Source: Anaeramoeba ignava BMAN (taxonomy: Eukaryota > Protista > Anaeramoebae). Taken from it: a DNA stretch of 64,000 nt. Below the pieces are notes generated by a model. The model did not search any database. It saw only the letters and a list, made by a program, of their open reading frames with translations, and was not told the DNA's origin. The number at the start of each line of letters is the position of its first letter. Positions within the stretch are counted from its first letter, which is position 1. The position numbers and the translations under genes were made by a program. The stretch lies in assembly GCA_028826165.1 (NCBI GenBank), contig JAPDFW010000024.1:9605-73604 (forward strand), given 5' to 3'. Positions 27,147 through 41,618 of this stretch are shown here, piece by piece.

Positions 27147-30140
27147 ATAATAATTGATTTAATAAATATAAATAAATGTTTATTAAATACACTTCTTAAT
27201 CAATATCATTATATATTATTTATTGATTATTGATTTAATTTATTTTATTTATTGAAAATTATAAAATCATCCATTCATTTTGAAAAATTTAAAAGGGAAA
27301 AAATTGAAATAAAATTATATTAATATTTAAATAATAATTGATTTAATAAATATAAATAAATATTTATTAAATACACTTCTTAATCAATATCATTATATAT
27401 TATTTATTGATTATTGATTTCATTTATTTTATTTATTGAAAATTATAAAATCATCCATTCATTTTGAAAAATTTAAAAGGAAAAAATTGAAATAAAATTA
27501 TATTAATATTTAAATAATAAATGATTTAATAAATATAAATAAATGTTTATAAAATACACTTTTTAATCAATATCATTATATATTATTTATTGATTATTGA
27601 TTTATTTTATTTTATTTATTGAAAATTATAAAATCATCCATTCATTTTGAAAAATTTAAAAGGAAAAATTGAAATAAAATTACATTAATATTTAAATAAT
27701 AATTGATTTAATAAATATAAATAAATGCTTATAAAATACATTTTTAATCAATATCATTATATATTATTTATTGATTATTGATTTAATTTATTTTATTTAT
27801 TGAAAATTATAAAATCATCCATTCATTTTGAAAAATTTAAAAGGAAAAAATTGAAATAAAATTACATTAATATTTAAATAATAATTGATTTAATAAATAT
27901 AAATAAATATTTATAAAATACACTTCTTAATCAATATCATTATATATTATTTATTGATTATTGATTTCATTTATTTTATTTATTGAAAATTATAAAATCA
28001 TCCATTCATTTTGAAAAATTTAAAAGGAAAAAATTGAAATAAAATTACATTAATATTTAAATAATAATTGATTTAATAAATATAAATAAATATTTATTAA
28101 ATACACTTTTTAATCAATATCATTATATATTATTTATTGATTATTGATTTAATTTATTTTATTTATTGAAAATTATAAAATCATCCATTCATTTTGAAAA
28201 ATTTAAAAGGAAAAATTGAAATAAAATTATATTAATATTTAAATAATAATTGATTTAATAAATATAAATAAATGTTTATTAAATACACTTCTTAATCAAT
28301 ATCATTATATATTATTTATTGATTATTGATTTAATTTATTTTATTTATTGAAAATTATAAAATCATCCATTCATTTTGAAAAATTTAAAAGGAAAAATTG
28401 AAATAAAATTACATTAATATTTAAATAATAATTGATTTAATAAATATAAATAAATATTTATTAAATACACTTTTTAATCAATATCATTATATATTATTTA
28501 TTGATTATTGATTTAATTTATTTTATTTATTGAAAATTATAAAATCATCCATTCATTTTGAAAAATTTAAAAGGAAAAATTGAAATAAAATTATATTAAT
28601 ATTTAAATAATAATTGATTTAATAAATATAAATAAATATTTATTAAATACACTTCTTAATCAATATCATTATATATTATTTATTGATTATTGATTTATTT
28701 TATTTTATTTATTGAAAATTATAAAATCATCCATTCATTTTGAAAAATTTAAAAGGAAAAAATTGAAATAAAATTATATTAATATTTAAATAATAATTGA
28801 TTTAATAAATATAAATAAATGTTTATTAAATACACTTCTTAATCAATATCATTATATATTATTTATTGATTATTGATTTAATTTATTTTATTTATTGAAA
28901 ATTATAAAATCATCCATTCATTTTGAAAAATTTAAAAGGAAAAATTGTAATAAAATTATATTAATATTTAAATAATAATTGATTTAATAAATATAAATAA
29001 ATGTTTATAAAATACATTTTTAATCAATATCATTATATATTATTTATTGATTATTGATTTAATTTATTTTATTTATTGAAAATTATAAAATCATCCATTC
29101 ATTTTGAAAAATTTAAAAGGAAAAATTGAAATAAAATTATATTAATATTTAAATAATAATTGATTTAATAAATATAAATAAATATTTATTAAATACACTT
29201 CTTAATCAATATCATTATATATTATTTATTGATTATTGATTTAATTTATTTTATTTATTAAAAATTATAAAATCATCCATTCATTTTGAAAAATTTAAAA
29301 GGAAAAATTGAAATAAAATTACATTAATATTTAAATAATAATTGATTTAATAAATATAAATAAATGTTTATAAAATACACTTCTTAATCAATATCATTAT
29401 ATATTATTTATTGATTATTGATTTAATTTATTTTATTTATTGAAAATTATAAAATCATCCATTCATTTTGAAAAATTTAAAAGGAAAAATTGAAATAAAA
29501 TTATATTAATATTTAAATAATAATTGATTTAATAAATATAAATAAATATTTATAAAATACACTTCTTAATCAATATCATTATATATTATTTATTGATTAT
29601 TGATTTAATTTATTTTATTTATTGAAAATTATAAAATCATCCATTCATTTTGAAAAATTTAAAAGGAAAAATTGTAATAAAATTATATTAATATTTAAAT
29701 AATAATTGATTTAATAAATATAAATAAATGTTTATTAAATACACTTTTTAATCAATATCATTATATATTATTTATTGATTATTGATTTAATTTATTTTAT
29801 TTATTGAAAATTATAAAATCATCCATTCATTTTGAAAAATTTAAAAGGAAAAAATTGAAATAAAATTATATTAATATTTAAATAATAATTGATTTAATAA
29901 ATATAAATAAATATTTATAAAATACACTTCTTAATCAATATCATTATATATTATTTATTGATTATTGATTTAATTTATTTTATTTATTGAAAATTATAAA
30001 ATCATCCATTCATTTCGAAAAATTTAAAAGGAAAAAATTGAAATAAAATTATATTAATATTTAAATAATAAATGATTTAATAAATATAAATAAATGTTTA
30101 TAAAATACACTTCTTAATCAATATCATTATATATTATTTA
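27147..30140. repeat. ~182-bp satellite, ~16 near-identical copies, inside the giant element
   Basis: Marker AAATCATCCATTCATTTTGAAAAATTTAAAAGG recurs every 182-183 bp. Confidence 0.95.
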
Positions 30141-30895
30141 TTGATTTCATTAAGTGTATTTGCTTCATAACTCAATTTTTTTTCTTGTTTCTGAATACAG
30201 TAAATATTTTTCCAAAAGTTGATTTCCTGGAAACGCTCTATTAATATCTATATTATTCATTCCTATCAAATTGTGATTTGGAAAATTTTTTTGTTTTGTT
30301 TTTAATAAATTCTACTAGAAAGCAAAAATTTTTTTGTTTTTTCATTTTTGTGGATTTTTTTTTAATTCAAAATTCTAACAGAAAATAATCTATTTTTAGT
30401 TAAATATGTAATTGGTTTATCTGTCTAAATTTGTTTTTAGAGTAAAATTAAAGAAAAATTTCCCCTTTTTAATTCATTTCAATGGAAGGCAAAATTTTTT
30501 TTTTTCATTTTTTTTTTCATTTTTTTTTCATTTTTTATTTTTCATTTTTTTCTTTACTTTTTTTTTTCACTTAGTGAATTATTCTGATCAACTTTTTTGC
30601 AAATTTTATATTCAGCCTTTCCGATCTTGAAAGTATTTTTTCCAATTTATATTTGAATTTAACTTGATTTTGATTTTTTTTTGGATTTTTTGTTTTGAAT
30701 TTTTTTTTAATAACTATGAGGCCTCTTTTGCACAAAAATCACAGAACTGTTGTTGTTTTAGTTGCTCGTTCTTCTCGTAATTTTTTCATGAATTGGATCA
30801 ATTCACAAAACACAAAATAAAATATAACAATGTACAAATGAAACAAATTCTGAAAATTACTCAATTTATTTAACACTTAATATTTATATAATTTA

Positions 30896-33800
30896 ATGAC
30901 TTGAAGATTTATGGATTTTTTCACCGTATATTACAAGTATTTTTGGTTTGGTTATATGCTCATTTATAAGTTGTTTTATTTAGATAATATATATATTGAT
31001 TTATATGTTCGTTTATATGTTCATTTATATACTCGTTTATAAATTTATTTATTGGTTAGATTCTCGTTTCTATATTTATTGATATACTTATTTATATGTT
31101 CGTTTATCAATTTATTTATATTGTGGTTTATATGTTAGTTTATATATATAGGTTTTTTTTTTTGACTTTTGATTTTAAATATTGATTATAAATTTAATTA
31201 ACAATTTAATTAATAATTTAATTAATAATTTAATTAACAATTTAATTAATAATTTAATTAACAATTTAATCAATAATTTAATTAATAATTTAATTAATAA
31301 TTTAATTAATAATTTAATCAACAATTTAATTAATAATTTAATTAATAATTTAATTAATAATTTAATCAACAATTTAATTAATAATTTAATTAACAACTTG
31401 ATTAATAATTTAATCAACAATTTAATTAATAATTTAATTAATAATTTAATTAACAATTTAATAAACAATTTAATTAACAATTTAATTAATAATTTAATTA
31501 ATAATTTAATCAACAATTTAATTAATAATTTAATTAACAATTTAATTAATAATTTAATCAACAATTTAATCAATAATTTAATCAACAATTTAATTAATAA
31601 TTTAATTAATAATTTAATTAATAATTTAATTAATAATTTAATTAATAATTTAATTAACAATTTAATTAATAATTTAATTAATAATTTAATTAATAATTTA
31701 ATCAATAATTTAATTAACAATTTAATTTTAAATTTAATTAACAATTTAATAAACAATTTAATTAACAATTTAATTAATAATTTAATTAATAATTTAATTA
31801 ACAATTTAATTAATAATTTAATTAACAATTTAATTAATAATTTAATCAACAATTTAATTAATAATTTAATCAATAATTTAATTAATAATTTAATTAACAA
31901 TTTAATTAACAATTTAATTAACAATTTAATTAACAATTTAATTAACAATTTAATTAATAATTTAATTACTCAATTTAATTAATAATTTAACTAACAATTT
32001 AATTAACAATTTAATAAACAATTTAATCAATAATTTAACTAATAATTTAATTAATAATTTAATTAATAATTTAATTAACAATTTAATTAATAATTTAATT
32101 AATAATTTAATTAATAATTTAATTAACAATTTAATTAATAATTTAATTAACAATTTAATTAATAATTTAATTAATAATTTAATTAACAATTTAATTAATA
32201 ATTTAATCAATAATTTAATTAATAATTTAATTAACAATTTAATGACCTGAAGATTTATGGATTTTTTCACCGTATATTACAAGTATTTTTGGTTTGGTTA
32301 TATGCTCATTTATAAGTTGTTTTATTTAGATAATATATATATTGATTTATATGTTCGTTTATCTGTTCATTTATATACTCGTTTATAAATTTATTTATTG
32401 GTTAGATGCTTGTTTCTATATATATTGATATATTTATTTATATGTTCGTTTATCAATTTATTTATATGTTAGTTTATATTCCAGTTTATATATATATAGT
32501 TTTTTTTTTGACTTTTGATTTTAAATATTGATTATAAATTTAATTAACAATTTAATTAATAATTTAATTAATAATTTAATTAATAATTTAATTAATAATT
32601 TAATTAATAATTTAATTAATAATTTAATTAATAATTTAATTAATAATTTAATTAACAATTTAATTAACAATTTAATTAATAATTTAATTAATAATTTAAT
32701 CAATAATTTAATTAATAATTTAATTAATAATTTAATTAATAATTTAATTAATAATTTAATCAATAATTTAATCAACAATTTAATTAACAATTTAATTAAT
32801 AATTTAATTAATAATTTAATTAATAATTTAATTAATAATTTAATTAACAATTTAATTAACAATTTAATCAACAATTTAATTAATAATTTAATCAATAATT
32901 TAATTAATAATTTAATTAATAATTTAATAATTTAATTAATAATTTAATTAATAATTTAATTAATAATTTAATTAATAATTTAATTAACAATTTAATTAAT
33001 AATTTAATTAACAATTTAATTAATAATTTAATTTTAACTTAATTAATAATTTAATTAATAATTTAATTAATAATTTAATTAATAATTTAATTAATAATTT
33101 AATTAATAATTTTTTAATTAATAATTTAATAATTTAATTAATAATTTTAATTAATAATTTAATTATTAAATTTAATCAATAATTTTAATTAATAATTTAA
33201 TTAATAATTTAATTTTAATTAATTTAATTAATAATTTAATTAATAATTTAATTAATAATTTAATTAATAATTTAATTAACAAATTTTAATTAAACAATTT
33301 AATTAATAATTTAATTAACAATTTAATTAATAATTTTAATAATAATTTAATTAACAATTTAATTAATAATTTAATTAATAATTTAATCAATAATTTAATT
33401 AATAATTTATTAATAATTTAATTAACAATTTTAATTAACAATTTAATCAACAATTTTAATAATTTAAATTAATAATCAATAATTAATTTAATTAATAATT
33501 TAATCAATAATTTAATTAATAATTTAATTAATAATTTAATTAACAATTTTAATTTAATTAATAATTTAATTAATAATTTAATTAATAATTTAATTAATAA
33601 TTTAATTAATAATTTAATTAATAATTTAATTAATAATTTAATTAATAATTTTAATTAATAATTTAATTAACAATTTAATTAATAATTTAATTAACAATTT
33701 AATTAATAATTTAATTAATAATTTAATTAATAATTTAATTAATAATTTAATTAACAATTTAATTAATAATTTAATTAATAATTTAATTAATAATTTAATT

Positions 33801-36800
33801 AATAATTTAATTAATAATTTAATTAATAATTTAATTAATAATTTAATTAATAATTTAATTAATAATTTAATTAATAATTTAATCAATAATTTAATCAATA
33901 ATTTAATCAATAATTTAATGACCTGAAGATTTATGGATTTTTTCATCGTATATTACAAGTATTTTTGGTTTGGTTATATGCTCATTTATAAGTTGTTTTA
34001 TTTAGATAATATATATATTGATTTATATGTTCGTTTATATGTTCATTTATATACTCGTTTATAAATTTATTTATTGGTTAGATTCTCGTTTCTATATTTA
34101 TTGATATACTTATTTATATGTTCGTTTATCAATTTATTTATATGTTAGTTTATATTCCAGTTTATATATATAGTTTTTTTTTTTTGACTTTTGATTTTAA
34201 ATATTGATTAATAATTTAATCAATAACTTAATTAATAATTTAATTAACAATTTAATTAACAATTTAATTAATAATTTAATTAACAATTTAATCAATAATT
34301 TAATTAATAATTTAATTAATAATTTAATCAACAATTTAATCAATAATTTAATCAACAATTTAATCAACAATTTAATCAATAATTTTTAATTAACAATTTA
34401 ATTAACAATTTAATTAATAATTTAATTAATAATTTAATTAATAATTTAATTAATAATTTAATTAATAATTTAATTAATAATTTAATCAATAATTTAATTA
34501 ACAATTTAATTAACAATTTAATTAATAATTTAATTAATAATTTAATTAATAATTTAATTAATAATTTAATTAATAATTTAATTAATAATTTAATTAATAA
34601 TTTAATTAATAATTTAATTAATAATTTAATTTAATTAATAATTTAATTAATAATTTAATTAATAATTTAATTAATAATTTAATTAATAATTTAATTAATA
34701 ATTTAATTAATAATTTAATTAATAATTTAATTAATAATTTAATTAATAATTTAATTAATAATTTAATTAATAATTTAATTAATAATTTAATTAATAATTT
34801 AATGACCTGAAGATTTATGGATTTTTTCACCGTATATTACAAGTATTTTTGGTTTGGTTATATGCTCATTTATAAGTTGTTTTATTTAGATAATATATAT
34901 ATTGATTTATATGTTCGTTTATATGTTCATTTATATACTCGTTTATAAATTTATTTATTGGTTAGATTCTCGTTTCTATATTTATTGATATGGTTATTTA
35001 TATGTTCGTTTATATATATTGATTAGATGCTCGTTTCTATATTTATTGATATGGTTATTTATATTGTGGTTTATATGTTAGTTTATATATAATTTTTTTG
35101 AATTTTGAAATATTTTAGTTGAAATATTAATTAACAATTTAATTAACAATTTAATTAACAATTTAATTAACAATTTAATTAATAATTTAATCAACAATTT
35201 AATTAACAATTTAATTAATAATTTAATTAATAATTTAATTAATAATTTAATTAATAATTTAATCAACAATTTAATTAATAATTTAATTAACAATTTAATT
35301 AACAATTTAATCAATAATTTAATTAATAATTTAATTAATAATTTAATTAATAATTTAATTAATAATTTAATTAACAATTTAATCAATAATTTAATAATTA
35401 ATAATTTAATCAATATTTAATCAATAATTTAATTAATAATTTAATTAATAATTTTAATCAATAAATTTAATTAACAATTTAATTAATAATTTAATCAATA
35501 ATTTAATTAACAATTTAATTAACAATTTAATCAACAATTTAATTAACAATTTAATTAATAATTTAATCAACAATTTTAATCAATAATTTAATTAATAATT
35601 TAATTAATAATTTAATTAACAATTTAATTAATAATTTAATCAACAATTTAATTAATAATTTAATCAACAATTTTTTAATTTAATCAATAATTTAATTAAC
35701 AATTTAATTAACAACAAATTAATAATTTTAATCAAATTTAATTAATAATTTAATCAACAATTTAATTTAATTAACAATTTAACAAATAATCAATTTTAAT
35801 CAATAATTTAATTAACAATTTAATTAATAATTTAATTAACAATTTAATTAACAATTTAATTAATAATTTAATTAACAATTTAATCAATAATTTAATTAAT
35901 AATTTAATTAACAATTTAATTAATAATTTAATCAACAATTTAATTAATAATTTAATCAACAATTTAATTAATAATTTAATCAATAATTTAATTAATAATT
36001 TAATTAACAATTTAATTAATAATTTAATCAACAATTTAATTAACAATTTAATCAATAATTTAATTAACAATTTAATTAATAATTTAATCAATAATTTAAT
36101 TTAATTTAATTTAATTAATAATTTAATTAACAATTTAATTAACAATTTAATAAACAATTTAATTAATAATTTAATTACTCAATTTAATTAACAATTTAAT
36201 TAATAATTTAATCAATAATTTAATTAACAACTTAATTAACAATTTAATCAACAATTTAATTAACAATTTAATCAATAATTTAATTAATAATTTAATTAAT
36301 AATTTAATTAATAATTTAATTAACAATTTAATTAATAATTTAATTAATAATTTAATTAATAATTTAATCAATAATTTAATTAATAATTTAATTAATAATT
36401 TAATTAACAATTTAATTAATAATTTAATCAATAATTTAATTAACAATTTAATGACCTGAAGATTTATGGATTTTTTCACCGTATATTACAAGTATTTTTG
36501 GTTTGGTTATATGCTCATTTATAAGTTGTTTTATTTAGATAATATATATATTGATTTATATGTTCGTTTATCTGTTCATTTATATACTCGTTTATAAATT
36601 TATTTATTGGTTAGATGTTCGTTTCTATATTTATTGATATGCTTATTTATATGTTCGTTTATCAATTTATTTATATGTTAGTTTATATTCCAGTTTATAT
36701 ATATAGTTTTTTTTTGACTTTTGATTTTAAATATTGATTAATAATTTAATCAATAACTTAATTAATAATTTAATTAATAATTTAATTAACAATTTAATTA

Positions 36801-39800
36801 ATAATTTAATTAACAATTTAATCAATAATTTAATTAATAATTTAATTAACAATTTAATCAATAATTTAATTAATAATTTAATTAACAATTTAATTAACAA
36901 TTTAATTAATAATTTAATCAACAATTTAATTAACAATTTAATCAATAATTTAATTAACAATTTAATTAACAATTTAATTAACAATTTAATTAATAATTTA
37001 ATTAATACTTTAATTAACAATTTAATTAATAATTTAATTAACAATTTAATCAATAATTTAATTAATAATTTAATTAATAATTTAATCAATAATTTAATTA
37101 ACAATTTAATCAATAATTTAATTAATAATTTAATTAATAATTTAATCAATAATTTAATTAACAATTTAATTAATAATTTAATTAATAATTTAATTAACAA
37201 TTTAATCAATAATTTAATTAACAATTTAATCAATAATTTAATTAATAATTTAATTAATAATTTAATTAATAATTTAATTAATAATTTAATCAATAATTTA
37301 ATTAATAATTTAATTAATAATTTAATTAATAATTTAATCAACAATTTAATCAACAATTTAATTAACAATTTAATTAACAATTTAATTAACAATTTAATTA
37401 ACAATTTAATTAACAATTTAATCAATAATTTAATTAACAATTTAATTAATAATTTAATTAATAATTTAATTAACAATTTAATTAACAATTTAATTAACAA
37501 TTTAATTAACAATTTAATTAACAATTTAATTAATAATTTAATTAATAATTTAATTAATAATTTAATTAATAATTTAATTAATAATTTAATAACTTGAAGA
37601 TTTATGGATTTTTTCACCGTATATTACAAGTATTTTTGGTTTGGTTATATGCTCATTTATAAGTTGTTTTATTTAGATAATATATATATTGATTTATATG
37701 TTCGTTTATCTGTTCATTTATATACTCGTTTATAAATTTATTTATTGGTTAGATTCTCGTTTCTATATTTATTGATATGCTTATTTATATGTTCGTTTAT
37801 CAATTTATTTATATGTTAGTTTATATTCCAGTTTATATATATATAGTTTTTTTTTTTGACTTTTGATTTTAAATATTGATTATAAATTTAATCAATAACT
37901 TAATTAATAACTTAATTAATAATTTAATTAATAATTTAATTAACAATTTAATTAACAATTTAATTAACAATTTAATTAACAATTTAATTAACAATTTAAT
38001 TAACAATTTAATTAACAATTTAATTAACAATTTAATCAATAATTTAATTAATAATTTAATTAATAATTTAATTAATAATTTAATCAATAATTTAATTAAC
38101 AATTTAATTAATAATTTAATTAACAATTTAATTAACAATTTAATCAATAATTTAATTAACAATTTAATCAACAATTTAATTAATAATTTAATTAATAATT
38201 TAATTAACAATTTAATTAATAATTTAATTAATAATTTAATTAACAACTTAATCAATAATTTAATTAACAATTTAATTAACAATTTAATTAACAATTTAAT
38301 TAATAATTTAATTAATAATTTAATTAACAATTTAATTAATAATTTAATTAATAATTTAATTAATAATTTAATGACCTGAAGATTTATGGATTTTTTCACC
38401 GTATATTACAAGTATTTTTGGTTTGGTTATATGCTCATTTATAAGTTGTTTTATTTAGATAATATATATATATATTGATTTATATGTTCGTTTATATGTT
38501 CATTTATATACTCGTTTATAAATTTATTTATTGGTTAGATGTTCGTTTCTATATTTATTGATATACTTATTTATATGTTCGTTTATCAATTTATTTATAT
38601 GTTAGTTTATATTCCAGTTTATATATATATAGTTTTTTTTTGACTTTTGATTTTAAATATTGATTATAAATTTAATCAATAACTTAATTAATAATTTAAT
38701 TAATAATTTAATTAACAATTTAATTAACAATTTAATTAACAATTTAATTAACAATTTAATTAACAATTTAATTAATAATTTAATTAACAATTTAATTAAC
38801 AATTTAATCAACAATTTAATTAATAATTTAATCAACAATTTAATTAACAATTTAATTAATAATTTAATTAATAATTTAATTAACAATTTAATTAACAATT
38901 TAATTAATAATTTAATTAACAATTTAATTAATAATTTAATTAATAATTTAATTAACAATTTAATTAATAATTTAATTAATAATTTAATTAACAATTTAAT
39001 TAACAATTTAATTAATAATTTAATTAACAATTTAATCAATAATTTAATTAATAATTTAATTAACAATTTAATTAACAATTTAATTAACAATTTAATTAAT
39101 AATTTAATTAACAATTTAATTAACAATTTAATTAACAATTTAATTAATAATTTAATTAATAATTTAATTAACAATTTAATTAACAATTTAATTAACAATT
39201 TAATTTAAATAATTTTTAATTAATAATTTAATTAATAATTTAATTAATAATTTAATTAATAATTTAATTATTAATTTAATTAACAATTTTAATTTAATTA
39301 ATTTAATTAACAATTTAATTAACAATTTAATTAACAATTTAATTAACAATTTAATTAACAATTTAATTAATAATTTAATTAACAATTTAATCAATAATTT
39401 AATTAACAATTTAATTAACAATTTAATTAATAATTTAATTAACAACTTAATTAATAATTTAATTAATAATTTAATTAATAATTTAATTAATAATTTAATC
39501 AACAATTTAATTAATAATTTAATTAACAATTTAATTAATAATTTAATTAATAATTTAATTAACAATTTAATTAACAATTTAATTAACAATTTAATTAACA
39601 ATTTAATTAATAATTTAATTAATAATTTAATTAATAATTTAATCAACAATTTAATTAATAATTTAATGACCTGAAGATTTATGAATTTTTTCACCGTATA
39701 TTACAAGTATTTTTGGTTTGGTTATATGCTCATTTATAAGTTGTTTTATTTAGATAATATATATATATATTGATTTATATGTTCGTTTATATGTTCATTT

Positions 39801-41030
39801 ATATACTCGTTTATAAATTTATTTATTGGTTAGATTCTCGTTTCTATATTTATTGATATGGTTATTTATATGTTCGTTTATCAATTTATTTATATGTTAG
39901 TTTATATTCCAGTTTATATATATAGTTTTTTTTTTGACTTTTGATTTTAAATATTGATTATAAATTTAATCAATAACTTAATTAATAATTTAATTAATAA
40001 TTTAATTAATAATTTAATTAACAATTTAATTAACAATTTAATTAACAATTTAATTAACAATTTAATTAACAATTTAATTAATAATTTAATCAACAATTTA
40101 ATTAATAATTTAATTAACAATTTAATTAATAATTTAATTAACAATTTAATTAATAATTTAATTAACAATTTAATTAATAATTTAATTAACAATTTAATTA
40201 ATAATTTAATTAATAATTTAATTAACAATTTAATCAACAATTTAATTAACAATTTAATTAATAATTTAATTAACAATTTAATTAATAATTTAATTAACAA
40301 TTTAATTAACAATTTAATTAATAATTTAATTAACAATTTAATCAACAATTTAATTAATAATTTAATTAATAATTTAATTAATAATTTAATTAATAATTTA
40401 ATTAATAATTTAATTAACAATTTAATTAATAATTTAATTAATAATTTAATTAACAATTTAATTAATAATTTAATTAACAATTTAATTAATAATTTAATTA
40501 ATAATTTAATTAACAATTTAATGACTTGAAGATTTATGGATTTTTTCACCGTATATTACAAGTATTTTTGGTTTGGTTATATGCTCATTTATAAGTTGTT
40601 TTATTTAGATAATATATATATATATATTGATTTATATGTTCGTTTATATGTTCATTTATATACTCGTTTATAAATTTATTTATTGGTTAGATTCTCGTTT
40701 CTATATTTATTGATATGGTTATTTATATGTTCGTTTATATATATTGATTAGATGCTCGTTTCTATATTTATTGATATGGCTATTTATATTGTGGTTTATA
40801 TGTTAGTTTATATATAATTTTTTTGAATTTTGAAATATTTTAGTTGAAATATTAATTAATAATTTAATCAACAATTTAATTAATAATTTAATTAATAATT
40901 TAATTAATAATTTAATTAATAATTTAATTAATAATTTAATCAATAATTTAATTAATAATTTAATTAACAATTTAATTAATAATTTAATTAATAATTTAAT
41001 TAATAATTTAATTAACAATTTAATTAATAA
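30896..41030. repeat. Composite array: nine conserved ~290-330-bp modules alternating with variable-length tracts of 12-bp AATTTAATYAAY
   Basis: Module start ATGACCTGAAGATTTATGGATTTTTTCACCGTATATTACAAG (with minor variants) at 30896, 32242, 33918, 34802, 36451, 37589, 38371, 39666 and 40521. The 12-mer tracts between them are ~0.18-1.4 kb. Confidence 0.95.
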
Positions 41031-41618
41031 TCAAATCAAAAAAATATTAAACGAAATAATTTTTTTTATTTCCGGCATATTTTCCCAAAAAATTAAAAAA
41101 TAATAAAAATTTTTTTTTGTTTTGAAGGGAACCCACAAGTTATTATTATTATTATTATTACTATTACTATTACCATTACTAATATGTTTCGAATCTCCTC
41201 GACTCTATTTGGATTGTATATTTGGAAGTGGAAGGTGGAAATTTTGATCTAGAATATAGCTAAGTGTGATAATGATGTTTAAAATCAAAAAATTATATAA
41301 TATTTATAGAAAATATACAAATAAGATGAGATAAATGAAAAAGAAATAATTTTAATTTTAAATTTTTAAATAAATTTTAATTTTCAAAAAAAATTATTTA
41401 ATAAAAAAAACTTGACAAAAATATTCTTCTTTTTAATTTTATTTTCTTTTTTGTTTCAAGATAAAAATCAACCAAAAAAATGAATGAAAAAAAAATTGAA
41501 TAAAAATGAAAATTGGAATCTTAATTTGAAATTCAACTGAAATTCCAATTTTCATTTGAAATGAAAAAAAAATTAAAAAAAAATTAATTTTTGAAAAAAA
41601 AAAAGATTTTTCTTTTTC

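Noticed and set aside
30640-30800. Short - strand fragment with FCDFC (CxxC)
   Set aside because: Stops occur in all frames and the fragment is too short to support even a pseudogene call.
31175-41018. Many long (INNL)n / (LLIK)n ORFs
   Set aside because: They are by-products of a stop-free 12-bp satellite, are broken by indels and have no unique domain, so they are not called as CDS.
30896-41030. CRISPR-like repeat/spacer appearance
   Set aside because: The modules are ~290 bp, the intervening tracts are satellite rather than unique spacers, there are no cas genes, and the context is eukaryotic.
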